Of a stretch of DNA of 64,000 nucleotides, positions 35,861 to 45,534 are shown one piece after another; position 1 is the stretch's first letter; each line of letters opens with the position of its first letter. This DNA comes from Candidatus Onstottus frigus. Lineage in GTDB: Bacteria > Acidobacteriota > Blastocatellia > UBA7656. The notes under the pieces were generated by a model. It ran no database searches and had not been told where the DNA came from. It worked only from the letters and a program-made list of their open reading frames with translations. Made by a program: the position numbers and the translations under genes. The stretch is taken from the NCBI GenBank assembly GCA_038040445.1, contig JBBPIG010000014.1:79210-143209 (forward strand), given 5' to 3'.

Positions 35861-35953
35861 CCGCGGGTCAGTCGGCGATATGATCCCGGGAATTGGTTAG
35901 GTAAGGTTTACCCCGGGTACGGTCGTCGTGCTATCGCTCCATCTGACCGCGGG
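35861..35953 (+). other. extended imperfect stem-loop (about 93 nt) in ORF-poor region
   Basis: Nested pairings: ccgcgggtcag/ctgaccgcgg (35861-71 with 35943-52), ggcgata/tatcgct (35874-80 with 35932-38), cccggg/cccggg (35885-90 with 35912-17). Confidence 0.5.
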
Positions 35954-36186
35954 CTCAATTGCGGTGTGTATGCCTCTAGCGGCCTGGAAGCTGGTTCTGT
36001 TACAGCCGGCCGATCGCCTTCGATGACTTCTTAGCGGCTCAAAATACGTAGGCGTTTCTCGCTCCGATGACATCGACGGTCGTCGAATGGAGCGCGTGCT
36101 CAATCTAAGAAAGGTTGCGCTCCCATGAATCTTGAGATCATCGTACACCGGACTTGTGTTTTTTCTTCCGGCGGGCGATTTTTTTG

Positions 36187-36215
36187 TTGACATTGAAAAC
36201 GATCCAGCATACAGT
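36187..36215 (+). promoter_or_regulatory. sigma70-like promoter candidate for the DUF1111 gene
   Basis: TTGACA (36187-92), 17-nt spacer, TACAGT (36210-15), with an upstream T-rich tract. It would give a leader of about 230 nt. Confidence 0.4.
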
Positions 36216-36450
36216 CGCGCTGCTTCAAAGAAGTTGCCACGGTGGGATGGTCAGTTACTTTGAGGCCTCGCCTTTTCTTTTGCTCGAAGTTCCAACGTGC
36301 GCGACCTCACTATGCGGTAGCTCTGGCCAGTCGAAGGCTGGAGAGAACGAGCCAATCGGGTTTTAGGGTAAAGCAAAACATCTGCGTGGGCAGATAACTT
36401 GAACAGAGTCTTGGGTCTACGATCCAAGCCGTAAAAGGAGAACCTTTGAG

Positions 36451-37716
36451 ATGAAAACCCTGAAGATTTCAGCACTGCTGTTGTTCGCGGCGGCTCTCGT
36501 TTTGCCTTTCACCTTTACGAGTACCGTCGAAGGTCAAGCTGCAACCGCAGCTCTAGCAACTCAGATGGACGGTCGCCTGCCGGACACCGATCTGTTCAAC
36601 AATTTCGGGACGCTTGGCGCTGTCGTCGATGAGTGCGACAACCCGCCGGTACCTTTACGCTCGTTCCGCGACAACAAATTCATATTCGAGGAACGGGAGG
36701 TAGTAGACGACGGTCTCGGGCCCACCTATAACGATGTCGCTTGCGTGGCCTGCCACCAGGCCCCGGTCACCGGACACATTAGTCAGATCAACGAGTTCAG
36801 GGCCGGGGGTACCGACGGCTTCGGCAACTTTGTTGCCCCGCCGGGTGGGCAAACGCTGATCCAGGACCGGGCGATCGATGCCGAGGCACAGGAACACATC
36901 AACACGGGTCTAAACCTCCACGAATTCCGCTCCACCCGGACCTTACTGGGTGATGGCTTTGTCGAAGCCATAAACAGCAACACGCTCGTCGCCACTGTCA
37001 ACGCTCAGCCCGCAGCCCAGCGCGGTCAGCTCCGTACCGTGGTTGTGCTGGAGGCTGCCCCCGCTACTCGGATCGGCCGCTTTGGCCACAAATCCCAACA
37101 CGCCAGTCTGGTGTCATTTTCGGCTGATGCTTATCTCAACGAGATGGGTATAACCAGCCCGTTGCAGCCCAACGAGAATAACATTCTGGGGCAGTCAGCC
37201 GCTCCGTTTGACACGGTAGCCGATCCCGAGGACGATGGACTTGACGTCGAAGCCTTCGCCGCTTTCCAGAGGGCTTTGAGGGTTCCTGGCCGCGGGCCGA
37301 TCAACTCCACTGTCACCGCTGGAGAGACGCTCTTCACTTCGATCGGCTGCGCTGTTTGCCACACTCCCCAATTCACAACCTCGGCAACAGGGACGGTAAT
37401 CAACGGCGGAGCGTTCACCGTGCCAGCGGCGCTTGGCAACAAGATCATCCGTCCGTTCAGCGACTTCGCGCTGCACAATATCGGAACCAGCGCGGGAATC
37501 GGCGGCGAAGCCGGGGTCAACGACAGGTTCGCGACAACCACGATAGCCCTGTGGGGTGTGCGTACCAAAAACCGCTTCATGATGCAGGGTAACACGATGA
37601 CCATCTTCGACAGCATTCAGGTCCACGGAGGGCAGGGAGCAACGTCAAGGAACAACTTCAACGGGCTGAGCACTACTCAGAAGAATCAGCTCATTGCGTT
37701 CGTGTTGTCGCTGTAA
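36451..37716 (+). CDS. di-haem cytochrome c peroxidase-like protein (DUF1111 / thiol oxidoreductase type)
   Basis: aaggag SD, signal peptide, two CxxCH motifs (CVACHQ, CAVCHT). GLGPTYNDVACVACH is typical of DUF1111. Confidence 0.8.
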   Translation: MKTLKISALLLFAAALVLPFTFTSTVEGQAATAALATQMDGRLPDTDLFNNFGTLGAVVDECDNPPVPLRSFRDNKFIFEEREVVDDGLGPTYNDVACVACHQAPVTGHISQINEFRAGGTDGFGNFVAPPGGQTLIQDRAIDAEAQEHINTGLNLHEFRSTRTLLGDGFVEAINSNTLVATVNAQPAAQRGQLRTVVVLEAAPATRIGRFGHKSQHASLVSFSADAYLNEMGITSPLQPNENNILGQSAAPFDTVADPEDDGLDVEAFAAFQRALRVPGRGPINSTVTAGETLFTSIGCAVCHTPQFTTSATGTVINGGAFTVPAALGNKIIRPFSDFALHNIGTSAGIGGEAGVNDRFATTTIALWGVRTKNRFMMQGNTMTIFDSIQVHGGQGATSRNNFNGLSTTQKNQLIAFVLSL

Positions 37717-37744
37717 ACTGTATCTGGGAGTTTCCGAACCAGTT

Positions 37745-37784
37745 CAGAGACTCGTCAGGCAACTGCCTGACGAGTCTCTGCTTT
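37745..37784 (+). terminator. terminator-like 15-bp hairpin
   Basis: cagagactcgtcagg-caactg-cctgacgagtctctg followed by cttt (weak U-tract). Confidence 0.55.
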
Positions 37785-37802
37785 CACGTTGAGGGGGCTG
37801 AG

Positions 37803-38594
37803 ATGTTGACCAGAAAAGCAGTCCTAGCATCATCATGGCTAGTTGTAGTCATAGGCTCTGGGGCTCTATCCGGATGCGCAAAACCGCCCGCCCAGCCAAA
37901 TGTAGAGCAGCCGCCGCCACCTCAAGCAAGCGCAGCGACAACCCCACCACCGCAGCCGGCGGAATTGCCGGTGCTTCCTCCGCCAAAGTTGGAAGAAGTT
38001 CAAATAGCCGTCAAACGCATCTTCAAAGACGCCGTGGTGATCGATCCGAGCCGCAACCCCAGTTTTCTAGTGGGCGATTTCAACGGCGACCTGTCACAAG
38101 ATCTAGCGATTGTTGTGAAACCGGCGGAAGGGAAACTTTCAGAGCTCAATCAGGAATTCCCAAACTGGTTAGCCCGTGAGCCGTTGAAGGAGGTGCTGCT
38201 GCCCAAATCTAAAATGTTGGCTCATCCTGTCGCCGCAAGACCCTCAGCGAATCCGGCGGCAGGGCAAACCATACGCTTCGAACAAAGCGATGTATTGCTG
38301 GCCATTATCCACGGGTATGGGCCTAATGGTTGGCGCGATCCCGAGGCCACCCAGACACACCTGCTCAGAGACGTCGTAGGCGCTCACATGACAATACTGC
38401 CGTTCAAGAGTGCGGTTAAGGCTTACAAAGGAATCAAACCGTTCCCCAACATCTATGGGGATTTGATCCAACAAACGCTCATTGGGCAATCGGGGTTTCT
38501 GCATTTCACTGGGGGAATGTACGGTTGGTATGATCCCAAGAACTACAGGGCCGTATCCGCGCCGGCCCACGCAGGGATGTCCGGGATGAGATAG
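37803..38594 (+). CDS. hypothetical lipoprotein with Pro-rich linker
   Basis: Lipobox GALSGC after a hydrophobic signal. PPPPQASAATTPPPQPAELPVLPPP linker. No family recognised. Confidence 0.6.
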   Translation: MLTRKAVLASSWLVVVIGSGALSGCAKPPAQPNVEQPPPPQASAATTPPPQPAELPVLPPPKLEEVQIAVKRIFKDAVVIDPSRNPSFLVGDFNGDLSQDLAIVVKPAEGKLSELNQEFPNWLAREPLKEVLLPKSKMLAHPVAARPSANPAAGQTIRFEQSDVLLAIIHGYGPNGWRDPEATQTHLLRDVVGAHMTILPFKSAVKAYKGIKPFPNIYGDLIQQTLIGQSGFLHFTGGMYGWYDPKNYRAVSAPAHAGMSGMR

Positions 38595-38609
38595 CGCGAA
38601 CTCCAAGGT

Positions 38610-39089
38610 ATGCTTATGAAATTCAAGAAGTGGATTACTGTTCTCGCAGCGGTTCTTGCAGCCTCGGAGACCATGACCTTCGCGTATCAGAAAGCCGACG
38701 TCCCGGCGACTAAGCCGCAAACTAAACAGGAGCAGCTCGTCCAGGTAGAATTCATAACCCCCGACGAGTTGAAGACAAAGATCACGAAGAACGAGCCCAT
38801 GGCTATCGTTGATTTACGCGCCTCGAATCTGTACGCGGAAAGCGACAAGACGATCAAGGGTTCGGTACACACCAAAGTTCGCCGAGTTGCCCACCGACTA
38901 AGAGAGATCCCTCGCGATAGGGAAGTCATAACCTACTGCGCTTGCCCGGCCGATGAAGCCGCGATTATCGCTGCTCGGGCCCTTCTAGCCAATGGTTTTA
39001 GACGGGTCCGGGTGCTAAAGGGCGGATGGAATGCCTGGCTCCAGGTGGGCGGCCAGGTTCAACCGAGACCAGGTATTGGAAAAAGTTAG
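38610..39089 (+). CDS. secreted rhodanese-domain protein
   Basis: Signal peptide. Rhodanese core IVDLR...IKGSV...EVITYCACPADEAAIIAARAL...VRVLKGGWNAW with active-site Cys. Confidence 0.8.
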   Translation: MLMKFKKWITVLAAVLAASETMTFAYQKADVPATKPQTKQEQLVQVEFITPDELKTKITKNEPMAIVDLRASNLYAESDKTIKGSVHTKVRRVAHRLREIPRDREVITYCACPADEAAIIAARALLANGFRRVRVLKGGWNAWLQVGGQVQPRPGIGKS

Positions 39090-39101
39090 AACCCTTCCCC
39101 G

Positions 39102-40133
39102 TTAAGGACTGATAAAATCTTCGATGTCGTTAAACGGCACCTTCGCGTCGCCAAAGTCAGGACGGTAGTATTCAGCAGCCGAGTCGAAATCCTGCTGCCA
39201 GCCTTCATCCATCCCCAACGACTCCATTTGTTCGATCGCCGTCAGCCATTCGCTCCAGCGAATCTTGCGTGAGATCAGCGGATAGCGCTCCAGCGCGACT
39301 TTGTTTGTCGGGAAGTACTGCGCCATCAAGCTAACGGCCACTTTCGGCGATAACTCACTGCTTATCCAGCGCAGCGACTCGAGTATGCCCGCGATGTCAT
39401 TGGGCAGCACCAGCAATCGAATGATCAAGCCGCGCTGCAGCAACCCGCTCTGGTCGTACTCAAGCTCGCCGCCCGTCTGCCGGTACATCTCAGTGATAGC
39501 AGTCCGGGAGTGACGCACATACTCGGTCACCTTTGAGTACTCGCGGCCGGCTTCTTCATCGCTGTACTTGAGATCGGGCAGATAGACGTCGACGACCCCG
39601 TCGAGCAGCTTCAATACTTCAACCGAATCGTACGCGTTGGTGTTGTAGACGACGGGCAAGCGCAGCCCGCCGCGCGCGGCGATCAGCAGCGACTTCGCCA
39701 ACTGGGGAGCGAAGTGAGTCGGCGAAACCCAGTTGATGTTATGGCAGCCTTGCTCTTGAAGCTCGAGAAAGATTTCCGCCAGCCGCTCGAATGAGATTTC
39801 GTTACGGCGTTGTTCTTTGAATGTTTGACTGATCTGGTAGTTCTGGCAGTAAACGCACCGCAGATTGCACAAGCCCAGAAAGACGTTGCCTGCTCCGCGA
39901 ACGCCAACAAGCGCGGGCTCTTCTCCGAAGTGAGCCGTATAGCTGGAAACGATGGGCAGGAGGCCCGAGTAGCACGCGGCGACCTCATTGTTGAGCCGAT
40001 CGACGTCGCAGTCGCGCGGGCATATTCGGCACACGCGAAGCATCTCCATCAATTGCTCGACTCGCGAGTCGAGTTCTCCCGTTTCGAGTAGCTTGAGGTA
40101 GGAAGGCTCGCGCATGCGATGCAGTGTACGCAA
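39102..40133 (-). CDS. radical SAM protein, PflX-like (COG1313 type)
   Basis: CNLRCVYCQN CxxxCxxC motif and N-terminal CRICPRDCDVDR cluster. Start is TTG 40133 or ATG 40115. Confidence 0.8.
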   Translation of the reverse strand: MRTLHRMREPSYLKLLETGELDSRVEQLMEMLRVCRICPRDCDVDRLNNEVAACYSGLLPIVSSYTAHFGEEPALVGVRGAGNVFLGLCNLRCVYCQNYQISQTFKEQRRNEISFERLAEIFLELQEQGCHNINWVSPTHFAPQLAKSLLIAARGGLRLPVVYNTNAYDSVEVLKLLDGVVDVYLPDLKYSDEEAGREYSKVTEYVRHSRTAITEMYRQTGGELEYDQSGLLQRGLIIRLLVLPNDIAGILESLRWISSELSPKVAVSLMAQYFPTNKVALERYPLISRKIRWSEWLTAIEQMESLGMDEGWQQDFDSAAEYYRPDFGDAKVPFNDIEDFISP

Positions 40134-40299
40134 CGGCCGGACGGAAACGCAAGACGCAAGGCCTTGGTCTGCAAGACTTTGGCTGGATAAAAACCAGGCC
40201 GGGCGAGGCCGGTTGACAGTCGCCGTATTCAGCCCTTAAGCTCAGCCCGAAGACGGCAAATCTCCATCAGTGTAGTTTTTGCGACTTAAGAGGCGCAGC

Positions 40300-41073
40300 A
40301 TGAATCGCGTCCGTTTTGAAGGCTTCTCGGCTGAGTTGTTCCGATTCCTATCGGGACTTGCTGAAAACAACAATAAACCCTGGTTCGATGACCACCGCCG
40401 TGAGTACGAATCGGCAGTGCTCGCGCCGGTGAAGGCCTTCGTCGCAGAACTGGGTCCGATCCTGCATATGCTCAACGAAGAATTCGAGACCGAACCGCGT
40501 GTGGGCCGCACCCTGAGCCGGATCAGCAATGACATGCGCTTCCACAAGAATCGTCCGCCGTATCGCCCGGTTATCTACGTTGGTTTTTCGCGCCGCGGCC
40601 AGAAGTGGTGGAACTCCGCTTTGCTCTACGCCGGCATCTATCCAAGCGGTGTCTCAATCGGGTTCTATTCGGGCGGCCACAAGGAACTGCGAACCGGGCC
40701 CATTCAGGAAACGATAAAGAGAAACTCGCGGCTGTTTCAGCGCTATCTGGACGAACGCGGCATACCTGACTCGTATTGGGAATTGGCTGGCGGAGAAGAT
40801 GGCAAGGTAACCAAATGGCCGCTTCCAAAGACCGCCCGGCGATGGGTGAATCTCGATGGCTTTACGGTCGGCGAGTACTTCCCGGCTACCGACCGAGCCC
40901 TTTCGAGGCGTTCCTTCCTGGATGTCGCGCAAGAAATCTTTCTTGACCTGTACCCGCTGTGGCGGTTTGCTGCGAGCGCTGACCTCAAGGGCGACCTCAA
41001 AGCTGATCTGGAACTTTATCGCGAGAACGCGGAGTTGCTCGCTCGTCCACTCACGAAGGCCGCTGTGAAGTGA
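40300..41073 (+). CDS. DUF2461 (TIGR02453-type) family protein
   Basis: Start at ATG 40300. FSAELFRFLSGLAENNNKPWFDDHRREYE...RISNDMRFHKNRPPYRP is characteristic. Confidence 0.75.
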   Translation: MNRVRFEGFSAELFRFLSGLAENNNKPWFDDHRREYESAVLAPVKAFVAELGPILHMLNEEFETEPRVGRTLSRISNDMRFHKNRPPYRPVIYVGFSRRGQKWWNSALLYAGIYPSGVSIGFYSGGHKELRTGPIQETIKRNSRLFQRYLDERGIPDSYWELAGGEDGKVTKWPLPKTARRWVNLDGFTVGEYFPATDRALSRRSFLDVAQEIFLDLYPLWRFAASADLKGDLKADLELYRENAELLARPLTKAAVK

Positions 41074-41083
41074 ACTCTTCGGA

Positions 41084-41944
41084 TCAAGCATCAGGCTTCG
41101 CAGCCCGCGCCACTTCTGAATTGATTTCTCCTCCGACCAGTAGCAGCAGTCCTATAAGGTACAGCCATAGCATCAACGTAACTACAGCGCCCAGGCTCCC
41201 GTACGTTGCGCTCGCGCTCGGGGCCACGCGCAGATACACAGAAAACAACAGCGAGCCGATTACGACGCCCATCGAGGCAAATAGCGCGCCCGGCAAAACT
41301 CGCCGCTCCGCCGGCTTGATGTTTGGACCGAAGTAGTAGAGCGCCGCTATTCCCGCCAGCAGAAGACCGAGCCCCGTAACGTAGCCCAGTACCGTTGAGG
41401 CAAATTTGAGCGCAGCGCTAAGCTCAAGAGCGCGATCAAGCCACCCGCCCAGCCGGTGGCCAATCATTATCAGCCCTGATCCGCCGACGACCAGCAACGC
41501 GAATATGAGAGTCAACGCGATCGCCACCAGCCGCTGTTTCCAAAACGGTCGATTCTCGGTGGTTTCGTATGCTTTGTTGAGCGCGTCCATCAGCGAACCC
41601 ACTCCGCTCGATGCCGCCCACACAGTTCCGATCAAAGCGAAAGAGAGAAGACCGCCGCTTCGATGACTCACCACATCGTCCAACACCTCGCGCACAAGCT
41701 TCATCGCGTCCGGCGGCAGTGCTCTCTGGAGTCCGATGAGAAGGCTGTTATCCGCCCCCGGAAGGAATCCGATGATGCTCGTCATGAAGATCAGCAGCGG
41801 GAACAGCGCCAGCAAGAAGTAGTAAGAGAGCTCGGCGGCGGTGCCAAGCACATTGTCGTCAAGCGATTCGCGCCAGACTCTCGGCGCGAGCTCACCAACA
41901 GTAAGTCGTCTCCCCTTCTTGCTGTCTTTGTTGCTCGCTTTCAT
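41084..41944 (-). CDS. YihY/BrkB family membrane protein
   Basis: LGTAAELSYYFLLALFPLLIF and six TM helices. Confidence 0.8.
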   Translation of the reverse strand: MKASNKDSKKGRRLTVGELAPRVWRESLDDNVLGTAAELSYYFLLALFPLLIFMTSIIGFLPGADNSLLIGLQRALPPDAMKLVREVLDDVVSHRSGGLLSFALIGTVWAASSGVGSLMDALNKAYETTENRPFWKQRLVAIALTLIFALLVVGGSGLIMIGHRLGGWLDRALELSAALKFASTVLGYVTGLGLLLAGIAALYYFGPNIKPAERRVLPGALFASMGVVIGSLLFSVYLRVAPSASATYGSLGAVVTLMLWLYLIGLLLLVGGEINSEVARAAKPDA

Positions 41945-42118
41945 CGCCGCTTCCCTCGATGTTCAGGTTAAACTCCTTTGCACTGAAGTCGCAACAAACA
42001 ACCCTCGCCTGCGCGAGATTGACAACTGCAACGCTGCTCGATTCAATTGACACTCCCACTCGAGGGAGCCGCCGTGCTTTCGCGTATTGCGCTGCTCGGG
42101 TGGCCAGGAAATAGCGCA

Positions 42119-42493
42119 ATGGAAAAAGACGAAAACATACCGGCGCACGAGAAGCGCCGCGTGCGGTTTTACGCCGATGATGAAGACGTGCTCGTAAGAG
42201 TGCTGAGCATTCCCGAAGCAGACTACGAATGCGTGACGGTCAACGGCTCTTGGGCGGAGAAGAGCCTGCTTGAAGGAGACATTGTTCTCTGCGCCGAAGG
42301 CCGTGTGCCACTTGCAGGCGACATCGTCCTGATCGAACAGGAAGGCCGCGTGAGACTCGGGGTGCTTGCAGAACCCGGTTTTCTGGAGACCCGGTCTGGA
42401 AAGCGTCCGCTTGAAGCCTCAGAGCAAATCGTCGGGGTAGGTGTAGCTCTCGCCCGGAAGCTCTCGGGAGGCAGCATAGATTTCACTTTTTGA
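42119..42493 (+). CDS. small protein with possible S24/LexA-like beta-barrel domain
   Basis: Start at ATG 42119. VNGSWAEKSLLEGDIVLCAEGRVPLAGDIVLIEQEGRVRLGVL loosely follows the GDSM...GD.V...GDIV...V.RL pattern of the LexA/UmuD C-terminal domain. Catalytic residues not clearly conserved. Confidence 0.35.
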   Translation: MEKDENIPAHEKRRVRFYADDEDVLVRVLSIPEADYECVTVNGSWAEKSLLEGDIVLCAEGRVPLAGDIVLIEQEGRVRLGVLAEPGFLETRSGKRPLEASEQIVGVGVALARKLSGGSIDFTF

Positions 42494-42547
42494 TCTTCGT
42501 CGTTAGCGACTGAAACCGGCGCCGCCAATTGGTGACGCGTACCTCGC

Positions 42548-44344
42548 TCATCGCTGAAGCTTTTCGAGCATACCAACCGCATTCTTGTTACCCGGATTGA
42601 GCTCGAGCGACTTCTTGTAGTTAGCTTTGGCCAGCTCTTTGTCTCCGTTTTCCATATAAGCTTCGCCAAGACTGTCATAGGCGTTTGACGATTGTGGATA
42701 AAGCTCCGCGTTGACCTTTAAGACTGCAATTGCCTCAACCAGCTTTTTCTCCCGCAGTAGAGAGTAGCCCAGGTCGTTGAGTCGAGCCTCCGCTACCGCG
42801 ACGTTGGCCGGCTGTTCCCTCTTTATCTTTTTATACGCTTCGATTGCTTCGGCAACTTTTCCCGCCATCAATAACTCATACGGAATCATCACGTCCTTCG
42901 AGATTCGAGGTGCTTCCGATCCGCCTCCATCGAAGCGTATGCGTACCAGATCGACATTTCCTTCAGCGCTCCTGACGAAGGTATAGCGGACATTTGCATC
43001 GGTTCTCAAAAACTCGGTTTCAGAGATGGGAAACAGGTCGAGTCTCGGAGACTGCGTTGGCTGGGCGTAGAGCTTACCGTTCTCTTTGATTATCGTCAGC
43101 ACCCTGTCCGGGTTCACTTGAAAGCGGCCAACATAATCATCAAGCTTCTTCGAATCGACCGAAACCACGTCGACGGGCTGCGGCAGGAAGTCCTCCCACT
43201 GATACTCTCTGGCGATGCCTCTGAGGATTTCGTTCATGATCTGCCCGTTGTCCGAGTTCACCATGATGGCCGCTCCGTAGCCCTTCTCTTTATGCACCAG
43301 GAGCAGCGCTCTGAATCCTTCATCCGCGCCGCCGTGCCCGAAATACGTCGCCGCGCCATGTTTCTCGATAAAGAAGCCGAGTCCAACGAAGTCTGCTATG
43401 AAAGGCGTGACCATCTTTGCCGTCGTCTCTTTCGAAAGGACTTTGTTGGATTTGCCAACCAGCGAGAGCTGTACTTCAATCGCGAACTTCGCAAGGTCCG
43501 TCGGGTTCGTCCAAAGCCCGGCGGCGGCCATCTCCGGATAGACATGGATCTTACCTTCAACCAGCCTCCCGCCGGTTTTGTGTCCTGAAGCCGCTTTCTT
43601 CCTGGTCTGATCGGGCAGCGGCTGATTGTAGCTGCTGTTGGTCATGCCGAGCGGTCCCAAAACTGTTTCCTGTGCGATCTGAGGATAGGGCTTCTTCTCG
43701 ATGTCCATTATCGCGAGCTGAGCGATGGTTGTGCCGCCGCCCGAATATCTGTGTTTCGTGCCCGGCTCCATATCGACTCGAACCGCGGCCGTATTCGCGG
43801 GGACAGTTCCATCGAGCACCTGAGGCAGGGTCGGTATCTTTTCGCCGATTGCATAACCCGGGAATCCGTGAACAGTCAGCCCGCCCGTGTGACTAAGCAG
43901 ATTGGCGAGTGTGACTTTTCGTTTGGCGGTAAAATCATTGTCGGGCAGCTTCCACGAGGTCAGCTTATTGTTGATGTTCTCATCGAGCGCGATCTTTCCC
44001 TGCTCGACCTTTTTGAGAGCCACCATCGCCGCCACCGGCTTGCTGATCGACCCGGCTTGAAAGAGAGTTTCCATGCCGGCAGGTTCGTTGGTCTCGATAT
44101 CTTTCACGCCGTAGGCTTTCGCCCAATCGATCTTGAAGTCATTGATGACCGCGATGCTGACGCCCGGCACTTTGTATTGCTTCATTCGCTCTTGAATGGT
44201 CCAACCCGGAACGCCTTTCAAAAGCACGGAGGGAAGCAATCCTCTTTCTACGCGCTCAATACGAGATCCAACAGGCGACTGTCCGAGCGCGCCTTGCGAG
44301 AGAACAAGCACCAACAAGAGTATTCTGGCCGAGGTTCTTTTCAT
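42548..44344 (-). CDS. secreted serine hydrolase (beta-lactamase/PBP4* family) with C-terminal TPR repeats
   Basis: Signal peptide, SxxK motif FQAGSISKPV, C-terminal TPR (YKKSLELNPGNKNA). Confidence 0.8.
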   Translation of the reverse strand: MKRTSARILLLVLVLSQGALGQSPVGSRIERVERGLLPSVLLKGVPGWTIQERMKQYKVPGVSIAVINDFKIDWAKAYGVKDIETNEPAGMETLFQAGSISKPVAAMVALKKVEQGKIALDENINNKLTSWKLPDNDFTAKRKVTLANLLSHTGGLTVHGFPGYAIGEKIPTLPQVLDGTVPANTAAVRVDMEPGTKHRYSGGGTTIAQLAIMDIEKKPYPQIAQETVLGPLGMTNSSYNQPLPDQTRKKAASGHKTGGRLVEGKIHVYPEMAAAGLWTNPTDLAKFAIEVQLSLVGKSNKVLSKETTAKMVTPFIADFVGLGFFIEKHGAATYFGHGGADEGFRALLLVHKEKGYGAAIMVNSDNGQIMNEILRGIAREYQWEDFLPQPVDVVSVDSKKLDDYVGRFQVNPDRVLTIIKENGKLYAQPTQSPRLDLFPISETEFLRTDANVRYTFVRSAEGNVDLVRIRFDGGGSEAPRISKDVMIPYELLMAGKVAEAIEAYKKIKREQPANVAVAEARLNDLGYSLLREKKLVEAIAVLKVNAELYPQSSNAYDSLGEAYMENGDKELAKANYKKSLELNPGNKNAVGMLEKLQR

Positions 44345-44587
44345 TATTACTCCAAGTCAGCAGGCAAAGAAGTTGGGCACATGCGTTCGCGAAACAGAAT
44401 ACGACCACTCGCCAAAGAAGTTGCTCAGCTTGTGATCAAACCGCGCCGCTCAAGAATATCAAAGCGATTCCTGGCACTCCAGGGCCTTGCGCAGGATCGG
44501 TTAACGCGCCGACGAGGTATGCAAAACCAGCCGGGGCCCCATCAGCCAAAAGCCCGGCGGTATCCACCGGTCTCTTTAGTCAACCGC

Positions 44588-45487
44588 TCAACTATCCGAA
44601 AGTCTCTGCTCCATTTCCTCGAGGGTACGCGGCCAGTCTTGTTTGAGGAGGCGGGAAAGCGCGCGGTCAGCGAGGAGCCGCCCGCCTGTCTGACACGCGG
44701 GGCAGTAATTGGCCTCGTTCTGCGCATAAACAATTCGCTGGACCGGCGTCCCGCATCTTGGACAGGGTTGGCCGTAGCGGCCGTGGACAGACATCTCCTT
44801 TCTGAAGGCAGTAACCTTCTCAGGAAAACTCTCCCTGGCTTCGCGGCGCAGTTTCTCCATCCAGAACCGCAGCGTTCCCTGGGTGGCTTCATACAGACGC
44901 CGCACTTCTGAGTCGTCAAGCCGTTTGGTTAGTTTTAGCGGGGACAGTCCCGCCGCGTGCAGTATCTCATCTGAATAAGCATTGCCGATCCCGCTGAAAA
45001 AATGCGGATCGGTCAAGGCGCGCTTGAGCGTGTGATTCTCCGCGGTCAAGCGACCTTCGAAACTCTTGAGATCAGCCTCGAGGACTTCGAGACCTCCCGG
45101 GTCATGCCCGGCTAAGGCCGATTCTCCTCGCACAAAATAAATTGAAGCGCGCTTCTTCGAGCCGGCTTCGGTCAGCATCAACGTTCCCGAAGGAAAGACA
45201 AAGCTAGCCAGCGTCTGCCGGTTGGGTTTGGCACGATTCTCCTTCCAGTGAAAGCGGCCGGCAATCATCAAGTGAATGATCAGAAAGAGTTCGTCTTCGA
45301 GGCCAAACACGATTCGCTTTCCAAGCCGGCGGAGATTGGTAACTTTTTTTCCTGTTGCCTGGTCCAGGGGTGGATCCACGGAACGGAGAACAAATGGACT
45401 TGAAAGGCGAATGTCCTGGATTGGCTGGTTTAGGACTCTGGGTTCGAGCGCTTCGATGTAAGCGACTATGTCAGGCAGTTCAGGCAC
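44588..45487 (-). CDS. Fpg/Nei family DNA glycosylase
   Basis: N-terminal MPELPDI, H2TH region, C-terminal zinc finger CPRCGTPVQRIVYAQNEANYCPACQ. Confidence 0.85.
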   Translation of the reverse strand: MPELPDIVAYIEALEPRVLNQPIQDIRLSSPFVLRSVDPPLDQATGKKVTNLRRLGKRIVFGLEDELFLIIHLMIAGRFHWKENRAKPNRQTLASFVFPSGTLMLTEAGSKKRASIYFVRGESALAGHDPGGLEVLEADLKSFEGRLTAENHTLKRALTDPHFFSGIGNAYSDEILHAAGLSPLKLTKRLDDSEVRRLYEATQGTLRFWMEKLRREARESFPEKVTAFRKEMSVHGRYGQPCPRCGTPVQRIVYAQNEANYCPACQTGGRLLADRALSRLLKQDWPRTLEEMEQRLSDS

Positions 45488-45534
45488 GAGAGTATTTTAG
45501 CAGAGGGCGCGAGCAAGCCATTATCTGACCTGGC

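Noticed and set aside
43751-44911. 386-aa plus-strand ORF
   Set aside because: It is antisense to the beta-lactamase-family gene and the Fpg/Nei gene, both of which have clear motifs, and it has no motif of its own.
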